In this document: positions 10,660 to 34,473 of the stretch, one piece after another | Layout: every line of letters starts with the position of its first letter | Position numbering within the stretch: position 1 is the stretch's first letter | Source: Folioceros fuciformis | Taxonomy: Eukaryota | DNA length: 35,877 bases | NCBI GenBank assembly: GCA_049999805.1 | Contig: JBNGIO010001013.1 | Location: forward strand, 1 to 35,877 | Direction of reading: 5' to 3' | Program-made: the position numbers and the translations under genes | Notes under the pieces: model-generated | The model's database searches: none | Told to the model about the DNA's origin: nothing | The model's input: only the letters and a program-made list of their open reading frames with translations

Positions 10660-12410
10660 CTAGCAGCCGGTTGTGGCCTTCTTGACGGCCACAGATCCGT
10701 CGTTGCCAGCCAGCACTCGGTACTTGTCCTTGCGAGTGAATTCAGTGCACTGGAAGGAGAGCGTGGAGGCCAGGAGGCGCTGGATGTTGTTGGCAACCTG
10801 GTGCGAGGTCTTGCCGCCGGCGCAAGTGAGCTCCAGCGGCAGCTGCTCCAGGAAGGTGACCTCGTAGACCGGGGAAGGGTTCATGAAAAAGTAGAAGGGA
10901 TCCATGCCCTTCCATCCCCGCGCCGTGGTGCCGTGGAACATGGACATGCGGTTCACCATGGCCACGGGCACGATGCGGTCCGCCAGCTCCGCGAAGAGCG
11001 CACTGAAGCGGAGCAGAAAGGGCTCGCGGCAGGTGGTTCCTTCGGGGCAGATGGCCAGGTCTCCTTCCTCCAGCAGCTTCCGGATGTTGGCGGCGTCCGC
11101 CTGTCGGTCCCGCGTGAGCGGAACGGTGCGAATGGGAGACAACACCTCCGACAGCCGGGAGATGGAGTAGGTGACTGCGGTGACTGGTCGGCCCAGCGCG
11201 GTGGACAGGAAGATGGGGTCCAGGAGCGTGCGGTGCGAGCACACGAACAGCACCCCCAGCCTGTTGTCCCCCTTCCGCTTCCCCACGGCCGCAGGCGGGG
11301 TCCCTTTCACCACCACTCGGACCCCCAGGCACCGGAAGGCGTAGTAAACCAGGGGCATCGGCAGCAGGGAACCTGCTGCGATGCGGACCACCGCCAGCGC
11401 GAATCCGATGGGAAACCAGAGCAGCGTCAAGAGAGCAATCAGCGGGGTCGGCCTCTGCACCAGCCGCCCGTCGTGGAACACCATGGGCTTCGGAAGACTC
11501 TCCTTCGCCACCGCCTGCACTCTAACATCGCTCGGCACGACGTACCCTTCCTGCGATGCCACGACACACGCGTGCTTATTGTGAGCGTGAACAATGAATT
11601 ATCGTTTCACCTCTCGGATTCGATCCCACGCCGTGCCGGCACCGGATAACAGCCTAAACCACTCCGCCGCACCGTGCAGCAGAAAACCACTTTACCTACC
11701 TCACAGAGCGCCATGAAGGGAAAATCAGTGGTGCGGTCCCCGAGCCCGACATCGGGCATGCTGGCCCCGAACTCCTTCACCATGGCCTGCGCCTTGCGCG
11801 CGTCCACCAGCACGCCAGGCTTCTTCACAAACCCGGTGGCTCTCCCCCCGCGCGTAACCTCAATCTCCGTTCCCAGCACCCCGTCCGCCTGCAGATACTC
11901 CGTGGCGAAGGGCTCGATCATAATGCGGGGATTCGCGGTCAAGACGTACCTGCCACCACCGCAACCAGATCGCAGAATGAACGATCCGAACCACAGACGT
12001 GCGCTCACTCGCAAACACGCACACGCACACACACACCTCTTCCCGAAGGAGGAGAACACGCGCCACGTCTCAGCGTGCAGATCCTCCGTATAGAATTTGG
12101 GCAACACCGCCCGCGCCACGGACTCGATGTCCGCGACCCTGAGCCCCGCGAAGCTGACATAGACGAGCACCTGAATCCCCGCCGACTCCGACACGAAGTG
12201 GTAGAGCAGCCAGGCCAGCGGCGCGGCCACAAGCAGCGCGGCTGCCCGCAAAACCCCGCCCGCCTCGAACGCCACCAGCATGAAATAAGGAAACGAGCTT
12301 CTCCCACGCAGCAGCGTCCCGTCCAGGTCGGAGATGACCGTCTGCTCCTCCCTGCCCACTGAGCTGCATTTGGCTACCGCGGGAAAGGGGCAATTGCACT
12401 GCGACTCCAT
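10660..12410 (-). CDS. GPAT: sn-2 glycerol-3-phosphate acyltransferase/phosphatase (GPAT4/6/8-like), paralog B, ~504 aa
   Basis: Exons 12410-12037, 11949-11700, 11550-10660. [56 protein letters not shown]. Confidence 0.95.
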
Positions 12411-12631
12411 TGTCCTGCGGCCGCCCTCGCCTTCGCCTTCGCCTTCGCCTCCGCCTTCCCTTGCTCAGAGCTTGATGCACCAAAGCCAGCCGAGCGTAGC
12501 GTAATAAAAACGCGCTTGACTGGTCCTCGAGCGTCAAGTCTCGGCGAAGTTTGTACAGTGCATGCAGTAGGCTGCGTTAACGCTGCGTTGCAGTTGTGGC
12601 TGTGCTACGGCAGAGGGGCGAGGGTGGCAGC

Positions 12632-12638
12632 ATTTATA
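12632..12638 (-). promoter_or_regulatory. Candidate TATA box for GPAT paralog B
   Basis: TATAAAT on the minus strand in a GC-rich context, ~220 bp upstream of the ATG. Confidence 0.4.
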
Positions 12639-13561
12639 TGAGTGCTAACCACAGGTTCCCGAGGGTTTACCATCGTTTTCGAGGCGGGACCGTGGGCCGG
12701 ACCGCCCTCTCCGCCTCCCCTTGTTTGCTTCTGGGCAGCTGGGATTTGAGGGTGAGGGGGAGTGGGAAGTGTCCGTAGGTGGTTGGGAGTAGGCTGGTAG
12801 CGATCTCACTCTGCACCTACTCTACTTGGAACCGTTGACCCACACCTCCGTGTTTGATGGGCTTTGGCTCCTCTGGGCTTTGTCGTTTGCCTTCCAGGCC
12901 GCATTGGAGTTATCAGTCTGGCTGCACACCTCCCCCACTCGCCCGCTCCCCGGTGAAGCTTTCTATGCCCATTTTCATTGTCTGGTGAGATTGGGTGCAC
13001 CGGTGCCCTCGCATCACTTTGTCCACACAATCTTTAGCCTTGGTAACCTATGTGCCGTGTCGTACTGCCTTACCCCATCTTAGCTCGAATCCTCCTTCCT
13101 TATTCCATATACATTCCATTCCATTCCACTCCACTCCTCCCCCTCATGGACTCATCCTTTGGATTCCGCGCCTTCTCATGTCTGTGATACTATGTTGAAG
13201 ACTTGCACTTCACTTCCAGGTCTGATGATTTCAAAGACACGGACCCGGCTCCATATCTCTCGTCCAAACCTTCGTCTCATGTCCTTTATCCTGCCATACT
13301 CACTCAGCTCGTGTTAATTTATGAAATAGAGATAAGTAACATTCTTATTGGAGATCCCATACTTATAAGCTAAATGAGCTTAAAGTGTGAGTAGGCTAGC
13401 AGAAAGCTCTTAAGGAGCATAAGAGGGAAAGAAAAAAACTAGAGTCTGAGGTAAAATGAAAAAGATGATTTTAAAGTATTCTATGTAATATTTTCCTCAA
13501 TTCTTAATAGAGTCGAAATTATCACTTATACGTATCTTTCGTGCCTCCTAGTAGAAGAAAT

Positions 13562-13665
13562 AGCAACACTAGTTATGGTGAGTGCTTACGACAGTAAGCT
13601 TCTTGTGGGGAAGCAACACTAGTTATGGTGAGTGCAGTACGACAGTAAGCTTCTTGTGGGGAAGC
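13562..13665. repeat. ~50-bp direct tandem duplication
   Basis: agcaacactagttatggtgagtgc(t/ag)tacgacagtaagcttcttgtgggga at 13562 and 13612. Confidence 0.9.
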
Positions 13666-13858
13666 TTGTTATGGTACCTAGTGGTGCTCAAAGACCTGCC
13701 TCTCAACATGAGGAAAGATGTTACTATGTACACGAGTTGCAACCAACTCTATCGCACTGCTAATGTCTCGATTTAACAAACGGCTTGAGCTACTCACTTG
13801 TGTTTGTTACTGCAAAAGCCTTCTAAGGGTCCGAAGTGGACCTAACTAAGGTGCTGAC

Positions 13859-14323
13859 TTAATAACGGCGTGTCCTAAAAACATTGAACGGAGAAGAGGT
13901 CTCCTCTTGGTCACCGATGCTTGAACCTTCAATCACAGGGGCATTGACGACATCGAGTGAAAGCAACTTTTTGAAATGAGGAGAGGTGTACTCGTCTCCT
14001 CGAAATGGAGGATTCACATAGTAGGGAGGAGGATAATGAGGATTTGGACTGGGATCAACATAATCCGTTTGCACCTCAGTTTCTGCTAACTCTGCCCTTC
14101 CAACAGCTTTTTCAGCCTCACCTGTGTTCCCATGAATTTAGATGAAGGAAGTGCGACCATTAGAAGAAAGAACTGAGCCATCTCTATTATTTGCTCGGTA
14201 TTGAATAGCTAGTGCACATGCACGGTGGTGGCACAGGATAGAAGCACTACCTGCCGTTAGCATCAGTCGTCTCGCAGACACTTGTGTGACAGACAACATG
14301 AAAGGCAGGAGGATCAACGCCAT
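13859..14323 (-). CDS. Small secreted peptide precursor, PSY-like (tyrosine-sulfated peptide), ~111 aa
   Basis: Exon 14323-14251 (signal-peptide-like MALILLPFMLSVTQVSARRL) joins in frame via a GT-AG intron (14250-14122) to exon 14121-13859, which contains GRAELAETEVQT-DYVDPSPNPHYPPP. Confidence 0.55.
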
Positions 14324-15163
14324 GAGGCGAAAGGCACTTCTGCCTGAGCAAAGTCCTGTTGAAACAGAGCGTCAGCCGATCAGAGTCGGAGCGTCACGAT
14401 TTCTCTGACCAGGAAGTAATCGTAAAAAAATGTGATATAGAACAACTCTGGTTGCAGAGAGCTTTGGCAGCAAAGAGGAGGCGGAAGAAAGGTGTCTTGA
14501 GCCATTAGAACGATTCCGTCACCGTCAGCGTAGGTTCATACCAAAGACAATCCTTGCGAAACAGATCACAGAATTTACAAAGACGCAGCTCAAGAAAGAA
14601 GCGAATCAAGAAGCCAAAATCCTGGAGAGCTTAGGACGAATTATACCATGGCGCCCGAGGCTTGGCGACACAGGCTCTGCGCAAACCATGCTGATGGTCT
14701 TTGGACATGTGCCGAGCTTGAGCAGATGGGAGGCCTCGACACGCGAGCTCAGTGCATTTGAATCTCGCTGCATCCCTCCAGACATATGCCACATGCGAGC
14801 TTGTTTCTGCAAAGGTTGATCTACGGATCCAGCCACTGTTTGCTGGTCCTTGTTCTAAGAGGACGCCGTTGCCAGAATGCCAAGCTCGTGAGCTGTACCA
14901 CACTTGCGGCATCACAACAGATCCAAACTACGCTAAGAGCTTTGGACGGACCTGTCGGGCTGCGCATGTGCTGGCCGGCTGGCGACTTACGTCTTCGTGG
15001 AGATTCTTGTCTAGTTATGTTTATCTCCATAGCTCGGCAAAGCCATCCGACCATGCGCGTCGTGTCCGATTGTCAAATGGAGGGAGAGAGATCCTTTTCT
15101 GGCGAAATAGCGAAAAGACAAAATTCTCCTCCCCGCTCTCACCATAGAAGAGGGCGTAACATA

Positions 15164-15249
15164 ACTGAATGATACAGTGACCTGACTGAATGATACAGTG
15201 ACCTGACTGAATGATACAGTGACCTGACTGAATGATACAGTGACCTGAC
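15164..15249. repeat. Perfect 21-bp tandem repeat x4
   Basis: actgaatgatacagtgacctg at 15164, 15185, 15206 and 15227. Confidence 0.97.
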
Positions 15250-15559
15250 AGATATACTGGACAATGCGCTAAAATTTGCAATCGTGTTTCAATAAGAGAG
15301 ATATAAATGACCATGGTGGTTCTAGATTTGCATCGAGCACAGAAAAAACTGCTTTGTCTCATCCAAGTCGGAGATGTGGTACATAACAGAATCCTGAAAA
15401 AACATTTGCATCCGGTCAGGATCTGCAGATAGAAAAAACTGACAATTAAACAAAATGTTCATATGGCAGGCTTACCTCAAAAGAACGGAAGGGGAACAAA
15501 CGAGCGCAGGGCGTTTCCAAGTTGGATTGCATTATGGGATTTGAGAGCACCAAACCTTG

Positions 15560-28503
<12,944 letters not shown>

Positions 28504-29701
28504 GGCGAGGGGCCGGTGTCCCACAAGCCCAAGGCACTCCCACTAGAATTGGGATTGGGCAGCACCACAGTGCCAGCAGCGAAAGGCAGTCCTACCATCC
28601 ATCCAGATCCTCCAGCTCTCAGCCTGGAGCTTGAACCATGATGGAGTGCAGCTGCCTAGGAGCTCATCCTCCGTCTGCGTGCCTCCCCCACAGCTGCAGC
28701 TGGAATGCCAGCAGGACTGCCGATCAAACTGACCAGAATTGCATGCTAGCCACGCGGGGCCGGCGGGGGCCCAGGCAAATCCAGACACCCAGGAAAGATC
28801 GTCGCACGATCACAGACATGCTGCGCCCCGGGCTCCGGGGTTGCTCTCTATCAGCCTTGGCTGTCTGCCACTTCCTAGGAGAGACACCTTCTCGCACCCG
28901 CACACATTACTTCCCCTTTCCCCTCTTAAGCAGGACCAGACTAGCAGTGGTAAGAAAGTATGACTCTCACGCTTTCGTCCCAACAGTAAAAATGACAGCC
29001 TGCATTCTCTTTTGGCGTTCATCAGCATCTTTAACGTCTGGAGACTTCATTGAAAAATCGAAATGAGAACATTATGTAGACGCAGTCACCCCTTATTGCT
29101 ACAAGATCTCACAACTGAGCACGCACAAGAATGGAAAAAAATGTTCAAAACTAAAGTGGAGGAAAATCATTATCTGTAACTATTTATCCCATCCAGTCCA
29201 AAGATTGAAGGAACAATCGACCTGGGCCAAGGCTAAATGGGGTATTTAGTCCCTTCCCATTGCTCCGAAAATGTCATGTCTTCTTACCGTGAGGCAAAAC
29301 ACTAAGGTGCAGAAGATGGATATTAACTTCTACGTGTCACAGGTGAACAAAGGTCACAGCCAACTACACTAAAAACAAAGTTCGTGTGGGCCGGTCACTG
29401 GCCGGTTTCTTGAGCCTCTTCCTGACGGCAGTAGACCATTACACGGGCAGGTGGTGATGGCTTTCCACCATTGACATGCTATGGAAGAAGGCTTGAAGTA
29501 CTTTAATATACATGTACAAATTGAGAAGCTCGCATCGAGTGATGTCTCAATTGCCGCTCTGCTTGTGTCGTATAGGAAAGGGCTCTACTTGCGCCGTCAG
29601 ATGTGAATTGCCAAAGGCTTGTTCCTGGAACTTTACTCCAGTTTCTCCAGAAGGTGGGGAATGAAGAGAACTTGGGCCGAAAGGGTCATGGACTCTGATA
29701 G

Positions 29702-32377
29702 TCAGTTTAAGGAGTGTCGTTGAAGCAAATCTGACACCTCCTGTCTCTGCTCCGGGCTACGGCATGCGGACAAGAGAACGCTAACTGTGGCTGCGTCTGG
29801 GCAGCAGCCCTCCTTCACCATTCTATCAAACAGCTGTATGCATTTTCGGAACAGCTTCCTTTTGGCGTAAACTCCCATGAATGATGTCCAAGTAGTTGCA
29901 TCCCGCTTCAGGCCTCGTTCATCGATAGATGCAAACACTTTTTCTGCGGTTTCCACTGAACCAGCATGTCCGTACGCATTGATGACGGTGTTGATGGTTG
30001 TGATATCTGGCTTTTTCGTCCCTTGGTCAAGGAACTCAAATAAGCTCTCCATCCTGTCGAACTTTCCTGCAAGCCCATAGGCATTCAGTAGACAGTTATA
30101 CACTATGAGATTAGGAGACGGCCCTGAGGTTTCCATGGTTTTCACAAGCTTCTCCGCATCTGGCAGCCTTCCTGACTTGGCATACCCACTTAACAGCAGT
30201 ACATATGATTTCATCGTCGGTTTAAAGCCGACCTTCCCCATCTCCTCAAACATGCGTTGTGCTTCTGCAAGCACGAATACACCCACAAACGTCAGAAGGT
30301 GAAACTACTGTACTCTGCCACCGCAACAGTGCTCAGATTAGCTTCAAACGGTTCATGCTCTGGTTAGGAATTCCAACTTCAACGTCTGCACGTACCAGCA
30401 CAAGATCCCGTCCTCCCGTACGCATCTACCATGATGTTATAAGACACCTGATCCGGAGTGATACCCCTTTGTTGCATGGTGCTGAATACCTCAGACGCTC
30501 CAGCAGCAAGACCTGCACGACTGGTTGACAAAAGGCGAGTTGACCATCGCAACTGTCAGCTAGCAGTTCCCATTAGCTTCAACCCTAGCTCTCCACGTCC
30601 ATGCACGAAGTAAACGGTGTCAGAGATTTTCCAACCTGTAGGCTTCCAAGAGAGCATTGTATGCAAATATGTCTGGCTCATAGCCAAACCTTTGCATCTC
30701 AGCAAATATTTCCTCAGCCTTCTCGCAATCTCCACTCCTCGCATAAGCATTCATAAGTGCAGTGAAGGCATAAATATCAGGGGCACACAGGTCTGTATGC
30801 ATCCCATTAAATAAGCGCTGAGCTTTCTGCGGCCAGCCTGCCTGGTATACACGAACTAGGGTCAGGCTGGTGCTTAACTCTCAAAGTGCGGACACCTAGA
30901 ATGTGAAATTTGCAATAAAGCCTTACTTTCCCGTATGCATTGATCAGCAGCGTGAATGTAGTTGTTGTAGGTGCGCACTTTGCTTTCCGCATCATGCTGA
31001 GCAGCTGCTCCGCCTTGTGAAAATTACCGCGTTTGCTCATCACACCGAGCAATGTGTTGAAGGTGGTTACTCCTGAGAAAAGACAGCCCCTGGGCAATCA
31101 TAATCATGTCATTTGAGTCTACACAGCCATTCTAAGCAATAAAACAGCCCCACCCCCATAATCTGCTATCTGTAGCACTTTAAAAGGCAGAAACGCAACG
31201 AAGAGAGATGGACACCCATCACACAGCTCTCCGACTGGATCGGAACCGAACCTACTTCAGACTAGCAAGAAAAGCAAAGCTGAGGAACAAGCGGGGTACT
31301 GTAATGCACATGAGAGGGCATACCCATAGTGTATCCACGGCGTTGCATATCATAGAATAACTCCTCCGCTTTATCCATCATGTTAGCCTTTGAATACACA
31401 TTCATGAGAGCATTGTAAGTGCCCTCGGTCGGAATGCAATTTGCCTTCTTCATTGACCTGAAAGCCTTCTCCGCTTCTTTAATCTGAGAGTTCTTTCCAT
31501 AAGCCTCAATGAGGTGGTTATAACAGCCAACGTCATACTTGAAAGTCTTGTTCTGAAGCACCCATTCATATATCTGCAAAGACGAAAACATGTTCAGCGT
31601 TATGCAGCACTACACTAAGACCCAGCACCTCCCAAGAGGGCCACAACTACTCACGCACCTGAATCACGTGAGTCCAATCTTGCTGGCGCCTCAGCTCCAG
31701 TGCTGCACTAATAATATCCTCCCAAGACTCATGTCCTGGGGGCATAGAATCAAGAGCACTCCAGACCGTCTCCACGTCACTCTGCTGTTTTATAAACCTC
31801 ACAAGGGCTCCAGACTTCGGGCTCATAATGGCAGGCAACATTTTCTCCTGCATAAGTTCATAACTTGTAGGCCAGCCTCTTCCTCTATTAAGCCGGGCTG
31901 AAACAAGCAAGGCAGTACTGTCAGTTCCAAGAAAAAAATAATAACAATGCCACCATCTCCACAATCGCTATAACATCCCCAACAGTCACCGCCGACCTTT
32001 CACCCTCTGCCTCTTGCGTGCGAGTTCAGCTGCCCGCCCCTCCAATGTCTCCTCGCCGTCCTCTAATGTCCATTGTTCCAGTTGTCGAGCAGCCTGTGCC
32101 GCCCCCGCCTCCCGTGACTGCTCCGTAATCAAAACTCTCCTGCCAGCCGCACACCTGGCTGCACCGCTGCACGGCAACCAAATGCGAGGCTGAGGATTCC
32201 ATGCTTCCCTCCCTCTGCGCCAAGAACGAATCCTATCGTCAATCCAAAGACTAAACGAAAAACATTTTCGCCCATCAACACTTCATCTTGAACAACGAAG
32301 TGCTTCTTTCTTGCTCACCTGATCACACTTGCTCCAGATGCAACGTACGCCACTCCGATATCGATCAAGCCGGCCAT
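29702..32377 (-). CDS. P-class pentatricopeptide repeat protein, At2g35130/PPR66-like (likely plastid), ~601 aa
   Basis: Exons 32377-32319, 32214-31997, 31897-31659, 31573-31324, 31072-30927, 30841-30636, 30520-30396, 30264-29702 total 1806 nt in frame. Tandem 35-aa PPR motifs (YNHLIEAYGK, YNALMNVYSK, FTALMNAYAR). N-terminal RGRGW...SWEDII and C-terminal VLLSACRSPEQ resemble the recalled At2g35130 sequence. Exons 1-2 are less certain. Confidence 0.85.
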
Positions 32378-32887
32378 TTCATATCCCGGCACAGACACGA
32401 ACCAGCGTTCTGAAGATGATATCTTTCGCGGGCTGATACTTTTGCCATGATTATGACTACTGTACATAAATCCAGTACAGATTATACAAACTTTCACGAA
32501 GCAAAATCGTATCTAACCCACGACCGGGTCCAAGAGTTAACTAGGGTTCCTAGGGTTCTACCCCGGACTAGGGATGAGGGTGCCAGGAAGTGGCCGCGAC
32601 CTAGGTATAAAACGGCGGCCTGTCCAACTCGGTGGCACAGTTCTTCGAGGCCACACAACTCAATCTTGCGGGTTGGAGAGCATCGAAGGTTGGCGGACTC
32701 GCAGGCTATTCTTCTCGGCAGGATGTTGATCGTTTTCCCACAATGTGGCTGCTTTCTCAATGGGCTTGAGCTCGCCTCATTTCCATCACCAAAGGAGGCG
32801 CATTGTGGCAAAACTACCAGCCTCCTTCCGAGACTCTCTCAGCTGACGTCGGCCCTCTTCTCCATCTTCAGTTCCTCGTCGAAGGAC

Positions 32888-32991
32888 CCGTCTATGGTCC
32901 AGTTCTTCTCTGAGGGGGCCGTGCAAGGTCCAGTTCCTCCCTGAGGGAGCCGTCCAAGGTCCAGTTCCTTTCAAGCAGCCGTCCAAGGTCC
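32888..32991. repeat. Degenerate ~31-bp tandem repeat x3.4 downstream of the Lsm11-like gene
   Basis: ccgtccaaggtccagttcct... units at 32888, 32919, 32950 and 32979. Confidence 0.8.
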
Positions 32992-33076
32992 TTCCTTGAC
33001 AGCGGGATCGTTGATGCACGGGAGTAAGGTTTTCGAACTCCGGATCTCGCACTGCATTCACATCGCCTGTTGGCCA

Positions 33077-33769
33077 TCACTCCAGCTTCCTTACCATGAT
33101 GATGCTGTCGCCTCTGAGAAAAATCTGATGCAAGTGCCTCCTGCGGTGTTCCAGTTTCGGGAACAGTCTGAGCTCCATTTCCGGCTCGGCATCTTGGTCT
33201 TGTGCGGTCGCTTTGCCCCGGCCCCGAACCCTTACCAACCTGGGTACTTTCCGCCTCACAGTGTATTCCTCGTCCACATCCCGCAGTACCAGGTTCATGT
33301 GCTTGTCCATGGCCTGGAGGTATCCCATGAGCACACCGCGCGGGCCCTTGCTGTGGCGAGTCCAAACCTGAACCCTTCCTCGCCGCCGGAAGCAATCCAC
33401 GAGCAGGGACAGCGGCCCGTGCTCCAGTTTCTCGGCCAGCACGTCCAAGATCTTCACCCGGCGAGCAATCTCGGCCGCCTTCTCCACGAGTACAGAGCTC
33501 CTAGCCTTGGCCCGCTCCTGCGCAGCCACCGATTCAGCAGACCGCGGCTGCTTGGTAGGCGCGTTAACCAGAGCCTCGGGGACCTCTTTCGGTAGGATCG
33601 CCCTGCACCTGTTGAGATTGTCCAGTGGTCGAACCCTTGGGTTCGGCGGCTGCAAGCCTTCCGTCTTCAGGGCTAGCAAGGGATCGAAATCCCATCTTAG
33701 GAAGACAAGACTGGCTGAACTCGCAGCAGCCTCTGCTGATTCTCCTTCCGACTGCGGCTGGGACTCCAT
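33077..33769 (-). CDS. LSM11: U7 snRNA-associated Sm-like protein LSm11 homolog, 230 aa, intronless
   Basis: N-terminal DFDPLLALKTEGLQPPNPRVRPLDNL (human [27 protein letters not shown]). Sm1 GPLSLLVDCFRRRGRVQVWTRHSKGPRGVLMGYLQAMDKHMNLVLRDVDEEY. Long basic/acidic insert, then Sm2 RHLHQIFLRGDSIIMV (human RHINQIFIRGENVLLV). Confidence 0.85.
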   Translation of the reverse strand: MESQPQSEGESAEAAASSASLVFLRWDFDPLLALKTEGLQPPNPRVRPLDNLNRCRAILPKEVPEALVNAPTKQPRSAESVAAQERAKARSSVLVEKAAEIARRVKILDVLAEKLEHGPLSLLVDCFRRRGRVQVWTRHSKGPRGVLMGYLQAMDKHMNLVLRDVDEEYTVRRKVPRLVRVRGRGKATAQDQDAEPEMELRLFPKLEHRRRHLHQIFLRGDSIIMVRKLE

Positions 33770-33782
33770 CGCCGTTCCGCGA

Positions 33783-33790
33783 TAGGGTTT
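33783..33790 (-). promoter_or_regulatory. Telo-box (AAACCCTA) in the 41-bp gap between the divergent LSM11 and mL41 start codons
   Basis: tagggttt on the + strand; telo-boxes are typical near the TSS of plant ribosomal-protein genes. Confidence 0.5.
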
Positions 33791-33810
33791 GGCGCATACG
33801 GAGGAGAACA

Positions 33811-34098
33811 ATGGTACAGCTGGGGCAGGCGATGCAGGCGCTCATGAACATCGGGCGGCGTGTGCCCAGCAGGGGCCAAAAGGTGCTCACCTCCAAGAGA
33901 GGGCCCAAGAATTTCTACAAGGGCAAGGGTTGCATCTCCACCGGCCGCCACACTCGCAAGGGAGGCTATCAGTTCATGGAGGAAAAGCTCCCGAAGTACA
34001 TAGTTCCTGATCTCTCCAACTGCAGCTTCAAGCCGTATGTGTCCCACGACACTCCTAAACTCGAGACTGCAGCTGCGGCTGCCGCTCCCAAGGAATAG
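33811..34098 (+). CDS. mL41: Mitochondrial large-subunit ribosomal protein mL41 (MRPL41/yeast MRPL27 family), 95 aa
   Basis: LTSKRGPKNFYKGKGCISTGRHTRKGGY...PKYIVPDLSNCSFKPYVS signature. Confidence 0.9.
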   Translation: MVQLGQAMQALMNIGRRVPSRGQKVLTSKRGPKNFYKGKGCISTGRHTRKGGYQFMEEKLPKYIVPDLSNCSFKPYVSHDTPKLETAAAAAAPKE

Positions 34099-34473
34099 CT
34101 AGCCAGTAGGAAGCCACCAGCTATAACTAGTCTACAATGCTCATGGAGCATGTCTCGCCTGCTTCAGAGATGGTCGCTACTTGCTGCTTTGCACAACGAA
34201 CTGAGGTTGTTGCACACACAAAGAGTTGGTTGTCACCATTGTTCTTCTTTTGTTAATGGACGAAGTGATTTTGTTAGGGTATGTTCCTGGTGTGTAGGTA
34301 CACGAGGGTTTGAAATCTGCATGCAAGATGGAAGTCGTGTCCAGGTCCTTGGGGGGAATTTCCATTGCCAACTGTTATCTGACAAGACCGGATCCAGGTG
34401 TATGCTTTGTGGTAGGAGGGCTGGGATGAATTCGAAAGTTCAACAGAGAAAATGGCAAAGGATGGGCACATTG

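Noticed and set aside
7312-12537. Long antisense and alternate-frame ORFs over the GPAT genes
   Set aside because: Expected shadows of GC3-rich coding sequence; no recognisable domains.
14600-15150. Overlapping short ORFs upstream of the peptide gene
   Set aside because: No frame gives a recognisable protein or a consistent splice pattern.
28543-28788. 81-aa upstream ORF before SYD
   Set aside because: It has a non-ATG start, the TSS is unknown, and there is no evidence of conservation.
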